DNA from: Escherichia coli
GTDB taxonomy: Bacteria; Pseudomonadota; Gammaproteobacteria; Enterobacterales; Enterobacteriaceae
Reading direction: 5' to 3' (one strand)
DNA length: 32,000 bases
NCBI RefSeq assembly: GCF_900622695.1
Contig: NZ_LR130562.1
Positions 18,256-28,633 of this stretch are shown in pieces. Within the stretch, counting starts at the first letter, position 1, and each line of letters starts with the position of its first letter. The notes under the pieces are model-generated. The model ran no database searches, was not told the DNA's origin, and saw nothing but the letters and a program-made list of their open reading frames with translations. Position numbers and translations under genes: made by a program.

Positions 18256-18351
18256 CTCCTGAGCAGCGGCACTATGCCGCTTTCACAGGAGTTCTGAATG
18301 CTGGTGCTTTCTGTATGGCTTCGCCATGCCCCTCGCGGCTAAGCGCCTGCA
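18255..18351. repeat. ~97-bp direct repeat, copy 2
   Basis: ACTCCTGAGCAGCGGCACTATGCCGCTTTCACAGGAGTTCTGAATGCTGGTGCTTTCTGTATGGC...; starts at the esterase stop codon. Confidence 0.85.
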
Positions 18352-18422
18352 CACATCTCTCTTTGAATGTCATTTTTGCAATGCATTGGCCGAATTCTGG
18401 TAATTCTAATGAGTTTTACTCT

Positions 18423-20237
18423 TCAGACTCCCATCCCTACGGTATACGAGTTAGATTCATGAATGAAATCGACATTTTTAAAAAACGAATCTTGTAAAAC
18501 ATCCGTGTTGATATTACCTTGCAACCCAACATTAAATTTGTTAGAGAGATGAAGAACTCGAATATCAAAAAGGTCTTTTAACATCATTAATTCTTTGGCT
18601 GTTAATGAATCGCAACTAAAATATCCCTGTTGATCAAAAAGCTTTTCTATTTCTCTACCATCGGCGAGGCGTTTTTCAAGGAGTGTTTGCAACATCGAGT
18701 TGCCAAGGACAATGGATATCGTACGATCTTTCGCAGATTTACACCCCATCACAACGGCAACATTCGTATCCCCCTCAGGAGTTTCATTTATCGCCGTCGC
18801 TAAAATGGTGGTCAAACACGCAAACGGAACTGTATTTCTTTCGTGATTTAATTTATCTACCAGCTCATTCCATTTATCAAAAGCCGGGCGATATTTGTTG
18901 CGCGCAGAAATATCCAACTGGTTAAACAATTCAGCCATGCGATTTTTTATCATCTCGATATCCGGCGAACCAGAAAGACTTTGCGCATAATACGGTCCTG
19001 ATGATGTTGCATACATTAAAGCCGATCCCACGCCTGTCGCCATGATGGGCGCAGCTACGGTTTTGGCAAGGGCGACGCTGCGATGGCTATGCGCTTCACA
19101 GGCTAAAGGAACATATTCCACTGACTGCGGTAATTCCTTACATGCCTCCCTCATCATTGCGGTATGCTTTACAAACAACGTTTTTTCACTGCCCAAAAAA
19201 ACTTTCTGCTTAATTGCACTAAGAAAACGTAAATCAAAAATGATTGTTTTTGGTTTATTATTTTTTGGCACATTTCCTATTATCCCGCTAAGAACCTTTC
19301 TTGCTGCATGGAGATTTTTTTGCACAGCACATAACACAATTGACGAAGCCTTCTCTACTGCGTTATTGATTTTAATTTTAAAATCTGCATGATATACGTT
19401 GACGGGCAATGCAAGTATATCTTCCCCTACATCTTTGGCTGAGTATTTATTTGTGATCGATGGTCGTGAATCCACGAGAAAACTTAGCTGCAAATTATGC
19501 TCTATATTACCAGCTGTTTTTGTAGTGTGATTAAACATAGAGATGCCACCTCTCATTCTTTCACACATACCCTCAACTTTTTCACTTCGTTCTTGAGGCA
19601 ATTTGGCTTTAACGTTAATTTGATGATTTTTACCCGTGCATTCCTTAACTACAAGAGGAATGTTATCTAAAGTGCCATACAGGCTAATAACGTCACCAGG
19701 ATTTTTATCATGTAAGTAAGTTTGATTAATACTCGAAGCATTCACAAAGAGGTCAATATTATAACTGTTTATGACTTCACCTACATCAAATGTGTAGTGC
19801 TTACTCTGGAGGCTGCCATCCTTGTTTAATTGTATATCAATCAATATATCCCCGGACTTTGTCACCATATCTTTGCCATAAACCATTTGCATAGCCATTT
19901 CGAGGAGATTTTTATCTAACTGATTGCGGGCGTTGAGTAAGCGACTACCAAATAATTTATATACTGTTCCCGTCATTGCCAGCGCTGCACTTTCTGGTAC
20001 TTTGCGTTTCCACAGTGAGGTTTCTTTATTTTTAAACAGGTCATATTTATTATTACTCGACAACCCGAGTTTAAGTTCGTTAACACAATCGCACAGTTGC
20101 TCCTCACCTTCCATTTTAAGGCGATGTGAAAAATCATTTAATAGCGTTTGCTTCGGTGATTCATTACTCATTAGTTGTTTTTCTAAATTAACAATAGAAT
20201 AACTTTCTTGTTTAATGAGATTAATATTGGCAACCAT
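18423..20237 (-). CDS. Putative CX5R phosphoinositide/inositol-phosphate phosphatase-like protein, effector-like (604 aa)
   Basis: P-loop CKSAKDRT at 18720-18743 (Cys499 with this start); AAGGAGG 6 nt upstream of ATG 20237; the tracked 20276 start lacks such a site; AT-rich composition relative to neighbours. Confidence 0.7.
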   Translation of the reverse strand: MVANINLIKQESYSIVNLEKQLMSNESPKQTLLNDFSHRLKMEGEEQLCDCVNELKLGLSSNNKYDLFKNKETSLWKRKVPESAALAMTGTVYKLFGSRLLNARNQLDKNLLEMAMQMVYGKDMVTKSGDILIDIQLNKDGSLQSKHYTFDVGEVINSYNIDLFVNASSINQTYLHDKNPGDVISLYGTLDNIPLVVKECTGKNHQINVKAKLPQERSEKVEGMCERMRGGISMFNHTTKTAGNIEHNLQLSFLVDSRPSITNKYSAKDVGEDILALPVNVYHADFKIKINNAVEKASSIVLCAVQKNLHAARKVLSGIIGNVPKNNKPKTIIFDLRFLSAIKQKVFLGSEKTLFVKHTAMMREACKELPQSVEYVPLACEAHSHRSVALAKTVAAPIMATGVGSALMYATSSGPYYAQSLSGSPDIEMIKNRMAELFNQLDISARNKYRPAFDKWNELVDKLNHERNTVPFACLTTILATAINETPEGDTNVAVVMGCKSAKDRTISIVLGNSMLQTLLEKRLADGREIEKLFDQQGYFSCDSLTAKELMMLKDLFDIRVLHLSNKFNVGLQGNINTDVLQDSFFKNVDFIHESNSYTVGMGV

Positions 20238-20652
20238 TACAGCCTCCTTCCCACGGTTTAAGAGCAAACATGCCACATAATTATTTACAACATCCAGAAG
20301 CAGTAAATGAATGATACTGACAATGACGCCAGTCCATTATCTTTGCATAATGTTTGTTAGCTATAGATTTTAAAAATATTTATGAGAAAAGTATGGCACC
20401 AGAGGGGGTTTTGACTATCAAAAATCGCTCAAACCTGAACTAAGATGATGAATTAAGCATTATCAGCGATAATTGCCACTCAGCTCTACAAATAATATTT
20501 AAATGCTCCTGAACAGTGATGTAGCAAGACACGTATGGTGCCAACGAAGAATAAAAATTTATAGAGTTCTTATTCAATATAACCGGAATAGTCAGAGACT
20601 GAAGTAAATGACCTGAAAGAATGAGAGAGGCAGCACCGCCCCTCTCCATCAG

Positions 20653-21642
20653 CTACTCTTCTTCGTTCCCGCCCTCTTCATACGGGCCAAATGGCTTCGC
20701 GGGCAGAACGATATACGTGCCTTCAAACACTGCACCCGGCGTCTCGTCGCCAAAGATTTCGACCTGCATTTGTACTCGCGCTTTGCGCCCGCGCGCCAGA
20801 CGGTCGAGATCGCCGCTTAAGGCACCGAGGTCGGCTACCGCATGAGGTTTACCGCTAATCGGCTTGCTGTAGCGAATATGCGCATCCGCCAGAATAATCG
20901 TTCCGCCCAGATGGCGTTCACGCAGCATCAGCCAGATAAGCCCCCAACCGGTGAGCGTTGCCAGTGAGAATAAACTCCCGGCAAACAGCGTATGGTGCGG
21001 ATTCTGATTACCGGTTTCCGGCATGGTGGTGATAAATTTTTGCCCGGTATATTGCTGAATGCGCACGCCCATTTTTTCACTCAGCGGGATATGTTCGTAC
21101 CACGCCTGTTGCAGCTGCGCGCACCAGTCGCCGCGATGCAGAATGTCATCCAGAGTGGCGACAGGTTTTATCATCAAAAAATGGCGAATCGGCGTGGTGG
21201 TTGGCGTGGTGATCTCCCCTTGATTGACAAACCCCAGCTTGGCGAAAAACTCCACCGCGTCTTCGCGGGCGCTACAGGTCACGCGCTTAACACCTTCCTG
21301 ACGCGCCACAGATTCGAGGGTCATCGCCATCAGCGTTCCTAACCCTTTGTCCTGCACGTCGGGATGAACGGCCATAAAGCGAATGGACGCTTCATTGTCG
21401 GCATTAATATACAGTCGGCCTACCGCCACCAGATTACCCTGCTCGTCGACGACCATCTGGTGATGCGCCATCGCATCCCACGCGTCGCGTTCCGAACCTT
21501 TCGGTTGATGCAGGGGCTTACGCAACATTTCCCAGCGAAACTGATAGTAACGCTCTAATTCTTCTTCTGTTTGTGGAACCCGAAGGTGATACATAGCGAT
21601 ACTCTCTCTTGTTTCCCGTGACAACCCTGGAAGCTGGCTCAT
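20653..21642 (-). CDS. fabY: FabY (YiiD), probable acetyl-ACP synthase/acetyltransferase-thioesterase (329 aa)
   Basis: Recognised YiiD sequence: GNAT domain plus thioesterase-like C-terminus. Confidence 0.96.
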
Positions 21643-22076
21643 ACCTGCAACCAGAATGTCACGGGGCCATCATTGACCAGCGATACCTGCATATCGGCAG
21701 CGAAGCGTCCTGTTTGCGTGTTCATCTCTTGCTGACGGCAGCGTTCGACGAAATAGTCATATAACGCCTCTGCGCGATCCGGTGATGCACCTTTGGAGAA
21801 ACTTGGACGCATCCCCCGTTCGGTATCTGCGGCGAGGGTAAACTGGGAAACCACCAGTACACTGCCGCCCGCCTGTTGCACGTTGAGGTTCATCTTGCCT
21901 TCGGCATCGCTAAAGATGCGATAGCCGAGCACACGCTCGCACAGACGGTTTGCTTTCTGTTCGTCGTCATCCTTTTCGACACCCAATAACACCAAAAGTC
22001 CCGCGCCAATTTCGCCCGTCACTTCTCCCTCCACGGTGACGCTGGCACGGGTTACGCGTTGAATTAATGCAATCAT
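21639..22076 (-). CDS. dtd: D-aminoacyl-tRNA deacylase (145 aa)
   Basis: [37 protein letters not shown]..., [11 protein letters not shown]. Confidence 0.98.
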
Positions 22077-22945
22077 GGTTCGTCGTCTTCTTCTTGTTCA
22101 GCTGCTTGTTTTAGTTTGCGGTATTCCCCGAGAGTGACAGTAATTTCCGCACCAAGCAAGACGATACACCATGTCCAGTAGACCCAAACAAAGAGAATGG
22201 GGATCACCGCCAGCACACCGTAAATGAGCTGATATGAGGGGAACATGGTGATATAAAGCGCGAAACCTTTCTTTCCTGCTTCGAACAGGAGTGCGGCGAC
22301 AAACGCGCCGACAATCGCGTCGCGATTAGGTACGCGGATAGTAGGAACAATGCTGTACAGCAACCAGAAGGAGATCCACGACAACAGCAGCGGAAAAATA
22401 CGCAGCACGTTGTCGATGACAGTATTGAGATCGCTCGCCCAGCGCAGGGAGAGCAAATAGGAACTGATCGCCAGACTGGCCCCTGCCAGCAGCGGCCCCA
22501 GCGTTAAAATCATCCAGTACACGGCAAACGAGTAAATTTTTGGTCGCGCTCGTTTACTGCGCCAGATGGTATTCAACGCGCTATCGATGGAGTACATCAA
22601 CAATAACGCGGTGACGATCAGCCCGCACGCCCCAACGGCGGTCATCTTGTTGGAATTGGCAACAAATTGTTCGATATACCGCTGAATAACATCGCCAGTA
22701 GCAGGCAGAAAGTTGGCAAAAATAAAGTGACGCAACTGCATGCTGACGTCGGAAAACATGGGAAAAGCGGCGAAAAGCGCAAAAACAACGGCAACAAGCG
22801 GCACTAATGAGAGCAACGAAACATAGGCAAGGTTACCTGCCAGGGTTGTCATGTTGTCCTCATCAATGCGTTGCCAGAGTAGTTTTAGCCAGGCCCATAG
22901 TGGACGGGTACGGTGCCTGGCTTTGTCCTGAATGGTTTTTAGCAT
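22073..22945 (-). CDS. yihY: YihY/BrkB-family inner membrane protein (290 aa)
   Basis: YihY/BrkB family sequence, polytopic; overlaps dtd. Confidence 0.96.
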
Positions 22946-23538
22946 AACACCTTCGCGAAATAGTCCGGGATGGTGGTTTTATCTTTCACCAGAATACTGG
23001 TAATGCCTAGCTGATTCGCTCCTTCTATATTATCGGCGTTATCGTCGAAAAAGACCGTATCGCTGGGTGAAAAACCTTCCGCCTGCAAAACATGCTGATA
23101 AATTCGTGCTTCAGGTTTGCGCATCCCCAGATCTTGCGACAGATAGATATGGTCAGCAGCATCACGGATTTCCGGGTATTCCTCCGGCCAGAAGGTAGTA
23201 TGCAGGCGGTTAGTATTGGAAAGCACCACCACGCGATGCCCCTGCTCACGCAGTTTATGCATGATGGCGATCACTTCCGGGCGCAGCGCAACAAACACCG
23301 CCTGCCAGCCGTGGGAGAACTGCTCATAGCTTAGCGGCAGGGCCATCTCATGACACAGCGCCTCTGCGAACGCTTCGTCGCTAATTTCCCCACGCTCATG
23401 CTGATGAAACGCCTCGCCCATGTGGAAACTCTTCTTAAGCGTAGCCAGTGGAACACGCGTTAAATCGCTCCAGGCTCCCAGCACACGGTTAAAGTCGATA
23501 TCGACAATCACATTACCTAAATCAAAGATATAGAGCAT
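22939..23538 (-). CDS. yihX: HAD-superfamily alpha-D-glucose-1-phosphate phosphatase YihX (199 aa)
   Basis: [19 protein letters not shown]; start placed at 23538. Confidence 0.96.
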   Translation of the reverse strand: MLYIFDLGNVIVDIDFNRVLGAWSDLTRVPLATLKKSFHMGEAFHQHERGEISDEAFAEALCHEMALPLSYEQFSHGWQAVFVALRPEVIAIMHKLREQGHRVVVLSNTNRLHTTFWPEEYPEIRDAADHIYLSQDLGMRKPEARIYQHVLQAEGFSPSDTVFFDDNADNIEGANQLGITSILVKDKTTIPDYFAKVLC

Positions 23539-23636
23539 TTTTGCCTCCTTTCGCGCCACAAGAAATTAACTGTAGCGGGAAAGGATGGGTTTGGCTATGT
23601 GGTCAGGTATGAAGCAAGGTCAACGGTCACAAAATT

Positions 23637-24422
23637 CTACGCGTCTTCCTGGGGAAGGATGATTTCAATTTGGCTGTCTTGTAAGCGTGATTTTAGCGCA
23701 GCGGGCGGCAGCTCGTCGGTAAAGAGCGCGGTAACCTGTGCCACGTTACCAATTTCAACCGCCGCCGAAGCATGATACTTAGTGTGATCGGCGACCAGCA
23801 GGATATTTCTCGCGTGCGCCATCATCGTTTTCACCACGTTAGCTTCGTTAACATCAAACTCCATCAACGCGCCATCGCTCTCAATCGCCCCAACGCTTGT
23901 TACCAGATAATCAGCACGAAAATCAGCCACAAAGGACGCCGCTGAAGGGCCAATGATCCCGCTATTATGAGAGCGCAACGTACCGCCGGGCACCATCACT
24001 TCAAAGCGCGGGTTGTGGTAAAGAATATGCGCCACACGCAGGCTGTTGGTGATTATCCGCAAATGATTGTGGTTAAGTAACGCCCGGGCAACATGTTCAA
24101 CAGTCGTACCGATGGTGATAAATATTGTCGATCCATCAGGAATATAGTCTGCCACCGCTTCGGCAATCGCTTTTTTTTCCTCGGTTTGCGAAACCTCACG
24201 CTGCTCGAACGCCGTATTAACGACGCTGGAAGCCCGACCCGCGCCACCGTGATGGCGCGTAATCAGTCCTTGCTCGCTTAATTTACGAATATCCCGGCGG
24301 ACCGTCTGCGTGGAGACATCCAGCAGATTTGCCAGCTCATCAATATTCATATACCCACGCTCGGCGATCAGCATGAGGAGTTGGTCGTGCCGCGGGTTAC
24401 CGGTTAGTTCGGTAAGGCTCAT
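23637..24422 (-). CDS. csqR: DeoR-family regulator CsqR (YihW), sulfoquinovose catabolism regulator (261 aa)
   Basis: DeoR HTH MNIDELANLLDVSTQTVRRDIRKLSEQGLITRHHGGA; start at 24422. Confidence 0.95.
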   Translation of the reverse strand: MSLTELTGNPRHDQLLMLIAERGYMNIDELANLLDVSTQTVRRDIRKLSEQGLITRHHGGAGRASSVVNTAFEQREVSQTEEKKAIAEAVADYIPDGSTIFITIGTTVEHVARALLNHNHLRIITNSLRVAHILYHNPRFEVMVPGGTLRSHNSGIIGPSAASFVADFRADYLVTSVGAIESDGALMEFDVNEANVVKTMMAHARNILLVADHTKYHASAAVEIGNVAQVTALFTDELPPAALKSRLQDSQIEIILPQEDA

Positions 24423-24455
24423 GAAAATTCCTCGAAAAACCATCACCCGGGCATT

Positions 24456-25352
24456 TTATACAAAAAGTGACAAAAAAGATCGGGTTTGATCACAGTCAGG
24501 GATCCCGGCTCGTCCACCGGGACGCGTGCATTTTAACGCCGCCACACCGCTGGCGAAGCGAACTGACTCCGCTAAATTCCCACCGGTTGCCAATGCCACC
24601 GCCAGCGCACCGTGAAAAACATCACCCGCACCGGTGGTATCTACCACATCAACTTTGAAAGCCGGTTGATGTTGACGCCCGCCATTTTCCAGCCAGTCGC
24701 AGCCGGCACTCCCCTGGGTCACATAGACATGACCATTTGTGAGCGTTTGTGCCTGTTTTAGCGCACTGGCCATCTCTTTCACGCCCGTTAAGCGCGCCAG
24801 ACCCGGTTCTGAAAAGGCCGCGTGATCGCTTAATGCCACCAGCTCGCTGATATCCTGCGGCGTAATGTCCCCGTCCAGAACGGTCATCACGCCCGCCTGC
24901 CGGGCCAGAGTGAAGGCTTTTTTAGCACCGTCGTGCCAGCGTACATCTGCCAGCACAACATCCCACTGAGAGAAATCAATTTCCTCCAACCACTCTGCGT
25001 CAGGCAGCAGATCCGGGCTGGGGTAGTTAATGATTATCCGCTCGCCTTTGGCATCCACCATGATGGCGGATTGCGAAGATTTCGCCTGGTTATACCGTTT
25101 GGTGTAACGGGTGTTAACGCCCCAGGATTCCAGCTCTGCCAGCAGGCTGTTGCCCGTGTCGTCATCACCGACGCGACCAATAAAATCGACCTGCGCCCCC
25201 AGCCTTGCCGCCGCAACCGCTGCCGTCGCCGCTGGCCCGCCACCAACTTCCGTATAATTTCTCGCCACGTATTTACCGCTCTCCGTCGGTAATCCTTCCA
25301 CGTAATAAATACGATCCATCACGGTAATACCTACACAAGCAACACGAATCAT
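24456..25352 (-). CDS. yihV: 6-deoxy-6-sulfofructose kinase (298 aa)
   Basis: PfkB/ribokinase-type signature VVDTTGAGDVFHGALA. Confidence 0.96.
   Translation of the reverse strand: MIRVACVGITVMDRIYYVEGLPTESGKYVARNYTEVGGGPAATAAVAAARLGAQVDFIGRVGDDDTGNSLLAELESWGVNTRYTKRYNQAKSSQSAIMVDAKGERIIINYPSPDLLPDAEWLEEIDFSQWDVVLADVRWHDGAKKAFTLARQAGVMTVLDGDITPQDISELVALSDHAAFSEPGLARLTGVKEMASALKQAQTLTNGHVYVTQGSAGCDWLENGGRQHQPAFKVDVVDTTGAGDVFHGALAVALATGGNLAESVRFASGVAALKCTRPGGRAGIPDCDQTRSFLSLFV
24462..24471 (+). promoter_or_regulatory. Candidate CsqR-box half motif near yihV 3' end / upstream of csqR
   Basis: AAAAAGTGAC, 40 bp upstream of the csqR start (24422); inside the yihV 3' end. Confidence 0.3.
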
Positions 25353-25405
25353 GGTCATTCCTTAAGCATTTTGGGATGCGTTCATTTTAATTTCACCAAT
25401 TGTTT

Positions 25406-25415
25406 AAAAAGTGAC
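25406..25415 (+). promoter_or_regulatory. Candidate CsqR-box half motif in yihV/yihU divergent region
   Basis: AAAAAGTGAC in the 167-bp divergent intergenic region. Confidence 0.4.
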
Positions 25416-25486
25416 GGCTGTCAATTTTTTGACGATAAATTACAAATACGATCAAAAACAGACAAGCAAAGCATGTCATAAATGAC

Positions 25487-25496
25487 AAAAAGTGAC
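25487..25496 (+). promoter_or_regulatory. Candidate CsqR-box half motif in yihV/yihU divergent region
   Basis: AAAAAGTGAC (context ATGACAAAAAGTGACATC), 24 bp upstream of the yihU start. Confidence 0.4.
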
Positions 25497-25519
25497 ATCA
25501 CTGTATTCAGGAGAGGGTT

Positions 25520-26416
25520 ATGGCAGCAATCGCGTTTATCGGTTTAGGACAAATGGGTTCGCCAATGGCGAGCAATTTATTGCAGCAAGGGCATCAACTT
25601 CGCGTCTTTGATGTGAACGCCGAAGCTGTGCGGCATCTGGTAGACAAAGGTGCGACTCCCGCCGCCAACCCGGCGCAGGCCGCTAAAGATGCCGAATTTA
25701 TCATTACCATGTTGCCGAATGGCGATCTGGTGCGCAGCGTGTTGTTCGGTGAAAACGGCGTTTGCGAAAGCTTATCTACCGATGCGCTGGTCATCGATAT
25801 GTCGACCATCCACCCGCTGCAAACCGATAAATTGATTGCCGATATGCAAGCCAAAGGCTTCAGCATGATGGATGTTCCGGTAGGCCGTACTTCTGCAAAT
25901 GCCATTACCGGTACTCTGTTACTGCTGGCTGGCGGCACCGCTGAACAAGTTGAACGCGCCACACCGATCCTGATGGCGATGGGCAGTGAGTTGATCAACG
26001 CGGGCGGTCCGGGCATGGGGATCCGCGTTAAGCTCATCAACAACTACATGAGCATCGCGCTCAATGCGCTTTCGGCAGAAGCCGCTGTTTTGTGCGAAGC
26101 CCTGAATCTTCCCTTCGATGTTGCCGTCAAGGTGATGAGCGGCACCGCCGCCGGTAAAGGCCACTTCACCACTTCCTGGCCAAACAAAGTCCTCAGCGGG
26201 GATCTTTCTCCCGCCTTCATGATCGATCTTGCCCATAAGGATCTTGGTATCGCCCTTGATGTCGCCAACCAGCTGCATGTGCCAATGCCGCTGGGGGCCG
26301 CCTCACGGGAGGTTTATAGCCAGGCGCGCGCAGCGGGTCGCGGTCGCCAGGACTGGTCCGCCATTCTGGAACAGGTCCGTGTCAGTGCCGGGATGACTGC
26401 CAAAGTAAAAATGTAA
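25520..26416 (+). CDS. yihU: 3-sulfolactaldehyde reductase (298 aa)
   Basis: Beta-hydroxyacid dehydrogenase-type [25 protein letters not shown]. Confidence 0.96.
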   Translation: MAAIAFIGLGQMGSPMASNLLQQGHQLRVFDVNAEAVRHLVDKGATPAANPAQAAKDAEFIITMLPNGDLVRSVLFGENGVCESLSTDALVIDMSTIHPLQTDKLIADMQAKGFSMMDVPVGRTSANAITGTLLLLAGGTAEQVERATPILMAMGSELINAGGPGMGIRVKLINNYMSIALNALSAEAAVLCEALNLPFDVAVKVMSGTAAGKGHFTTSWPNKVLSGDLSPAFMIDLAHKDLGIALDVANQLHVPMPLGAASREVYSQARAAGRGRQDWSAILEQVRVSAGMTAKVKM

Positions 26417-26439
26417 CGACTGGATAAAGGAATAAATGA

Positions 26440-27318
26440 ATGAATAAGTACACCATCAACGACATTACACGCGCATCGGGCGGTTTTGCCATGCTGGCGG
26501 TCGATCAACGCGAAGCCATGCGCATGATGTTTGCCGCGGCTGGGGCACCCGCTCCAGTAGCCGATAGCGTTTTAACTGATTTCAAAGTTAACGCTGCAAA
26601 GGCCCTCTCGCCTTATGCCTCGGCGATTCTGGTGGATCAGCAATTCTGTTACCGCCAGGTGGTTGAGCAAAACGCGATTGCCAAAAGTTGCGCCATGATT
26701 GTCGCCGCCGATGAGTTCATTCCTGGCAACGGTATTCCGGTAGATAGCGTGGTCATTGACCGCAGAATCAATCCGCTACAAATCAAACAAGACGGTGGCA
26801 AAGCCTTAAAACTGCTGGTGCTGTGGCGTAGTGATGAAGATGCGCAGCAACGTCTGGATATGGTGAAAGAGTTTAACGAACTGTGCCACTCACACGGCCT
26901 GGTAAGCATTATTGAGCCAGTCGTCCGCCCACCACGTCGTGGCGATAAATTCGATCGCGAACAAGCGATCATCGATGCCGCCAAAGAACTGGGCGACAGT
27001 GGCGCTGACCTCTACAAAGTTGAAATGCCGCTTTATGGCAAAGGTCCGCAACAAGAGCTTCTCAGTGCTTCACAACGTCTGAATGACCATATCAATATGC
27101 CGTGGGTGATCCTCTCATCCGGTGTCGACGAAAAACTGTTCCCGCGTGCCGTACGCGTGGCAATGACAGCGGGTGCATCGGGCTTCCTGGCTGGTCGTGC
27201 CGTCTGGGCATCGGTTGTCGGTTTACCAGACAACGAGCTGATGCTGCGTGACGTTTGCGCACCTAAATTACAACAACTTGGCGATATCGTCGACGAAATG
27301 ATGGCTAAACGCCGTTAA
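26440..27318 (+). CDS. yihT: 6-deoxy-6-sulfofructose-1-phosphate aldolase (292 aa)
   Basis: Class I aldolase-like, ...[14 protein letters not shown]... Confidence 0.96.
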   Translation: MNKYTINDITRASGGFAMLAVDQREAMRMMFAAAGAPAPVADSVLTDFKVNAAKALSPYASAILVDQQFCYRQVVEQNAIAKSCAMIVAADEFIPGNGIPVDSVVIDRRINPLQIKQDGGKALKLLVLWRSDEDAQQRLDMVKEFNELCHSHGLVSIIEPVVRPPRRGDKFDREQAIIDAAKELGDSGADLYKVEMPLYGKGPQQELLSASQRLNDHINMPWVILSSGVDEKLFPRAVRVAMTAGASGFLAGRAVWASVVGLPDNELMLRDVCAPKLQQLGDIVDEMMAKRR

Positions 27319-27333
27319 GATGGGGATACAAAA

Positions 27334-28575
27334 ATGAAATGGTTTAACACCTTAAGTCACAACCGTTGGCTGGAACAGGAAACCGACCGCATCTTTGATT
27401 TTGGTAAAAATTCCGTAGTACCGACCGGATTTGGCTGGTTAGGCAATAAAGGGCAAATCAAAGAAGAGATGGGCACCCATCTGTGGATCACCGCTCGTAT
27501 GTTGCACGTTTATTCCGTTGCTGCGGCGATGGGTCGACCTGGCGCTTACTCGTTGGTTGATCACGGTATCAAAGCCATGAACGGCGCACTGCGCGATAAA
27601 AAATATGGCGGTTGGTATGCCTGCGTGAATGACGAGGGCGTGGTGGATGCCTCCAAACAGGGCTATCAACACTTCTTTGCTCTGCTGGGTGCTGCCAGCG
27701 CCGTCACTACCGGTCACCCGGAAGCCCGTAAACTTCTCGATTACGCCATTGAAATTATTGAGAAATACTTCTGGAGCGAAGAAGAGCAGATGTGCCTGGA
27801 GTCCTGGGACGAAGCCTTCAGCAAAACCGAAGAGTACCGCGGCGGCAATGCCAACATGCACGCGGTGGAAGCCTTCCTGATTGTCTATGACGTCACCCAT
27901 GACAAAAAATGGCTGGATCGCGCGATTCGCGTGGCTTCCGTGATTATCCACGACGTCGCCAGAAATAATCATTATCGCGTTAACGAGCACTTCGATACCC
28001 AGTGGAATCCGCTGCCGGATTACAACAAAGATAACCCGGCGCACCGCTTCCGCGCATTCGGTGGCACGCCGGGCCACTGGATCGAATGGGGCCGTTTAAT
28101 GCTGCACATCCACGCGGCCCTGGAAGCCCGTTGTGAACAGCCGCCTGCCTGGCTGCTAGAAGATGCCAAAGGTCTATTTAACGCCACCGTGCGCGATGCC
28201 TGGGCACCCGATGGCGCGGACGGGATTGTTTATACCGTTGACTGGGAAGGCAAACCGGTGGTTCGCGAACGTGTGCGTTGGCCTATCGTCGAAGCGATGG
28301 GTACGGCTTACGCGCTCTACACCGTCACCGGCGATCGCCAGTATGAAACCTGGTATCAGACATGGTGGGACTACTGCATTAAGTACCTGATGGACTATGA
28401 AAATGGTTCCTGGTGGCAGGAGCTGGATGCGGACAATAAAGTCACCACGAAAGTCTGGGACGGCAAACAGGATATTTATCACCTGCTGCATTGCCTGGTG
28501 ATCCCGCGTATCCCGTTAGCCCCTGGTCTGGCACCGGCTGTTGCCGCAGGCCTGCTGGACATTAACGCGAAATAA
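27334..28575 (+). CDS. yihS: Sulfoquinovose isomerase (413 aa)
   Basis: AGE-family (alpha/alpha)6 barrel sequence, recognised YihS. Confidence 0.96.
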   Translation: MKWFNTLSHNRWLEQETDRIFDFGKNSVVPTGFGWLGNKGQIKEEMGTHLWITARMLHVYSVAAAMGRPGAYSLVDHGIKAMNGALRDKKYGGWYACVNDEGVVDASKQGYQHFFALLGAASAVTTGHPEARKLLDYAIEIIEKYFWSEEEQMCLESWDEAFSKTEEYRGGNANMHAVEAFLIVYDVTHDKKWLDRAIRVASVIIHDVARNNHYRVNEHFDTQWNPLPDYNKDNPAHRFRAFGGTPGHWIEWGRLMLHIHAALEARCEQPPAWLLEDAKGLFNATVRDAWAPDGADGIVYTVDWEGKPVVRERVRWPIVEAMGTAYALYTVTGDRQYETWYQTWWDYCIKYLMDYENGSWWQELDADNKVTTKVWDGKQDIYHLLHCLVIPRIPLAPGLAPAVAAGLLDINAK

Positions 28576-28584
28576 CTGAGCTGA

Positions 28585-28625
28585 AATAACGGCATATCAG
28601 GCTACATGCCGGGTATGTCGTTATT
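28585..28625. repeat. Intergenic imperfect hairpin between yihS and yihR
   Basis: AATAACGGCATA (28585-28596) / TATGTCGTTATT (28614-28625), one G:U-type mismatch. Confidence 0.6.
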
Positions 28626-28633
28626 CAATAAAG

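Noticed and set aside
18858-18880. GGCGAGGCGTTTTTCAAG around 18662-18680 as a fourth copy of repeat element A (coordinates of this entry approximate)
   Set aside because: It is inside coding sequence (LLEKRLADGR), aligns poorly beyond ~13 nt and lacks the expected position upstream of a gene.
18683-18925. Plus-strand ORFs within the phosphatase-like gene (18683-18925, 19042-19392, 19924-20202)
   Set aside because: Antisense to a long ORF with a recognised P-loop and strong RBS; considered shadow ORFs.
20440-20649. 69 aa minus ORF between the phosphatase-like gene and fabY
   Set aside because: No recognisable family; AT-rich intergenic sequence with no convincing ribosome-binding site.
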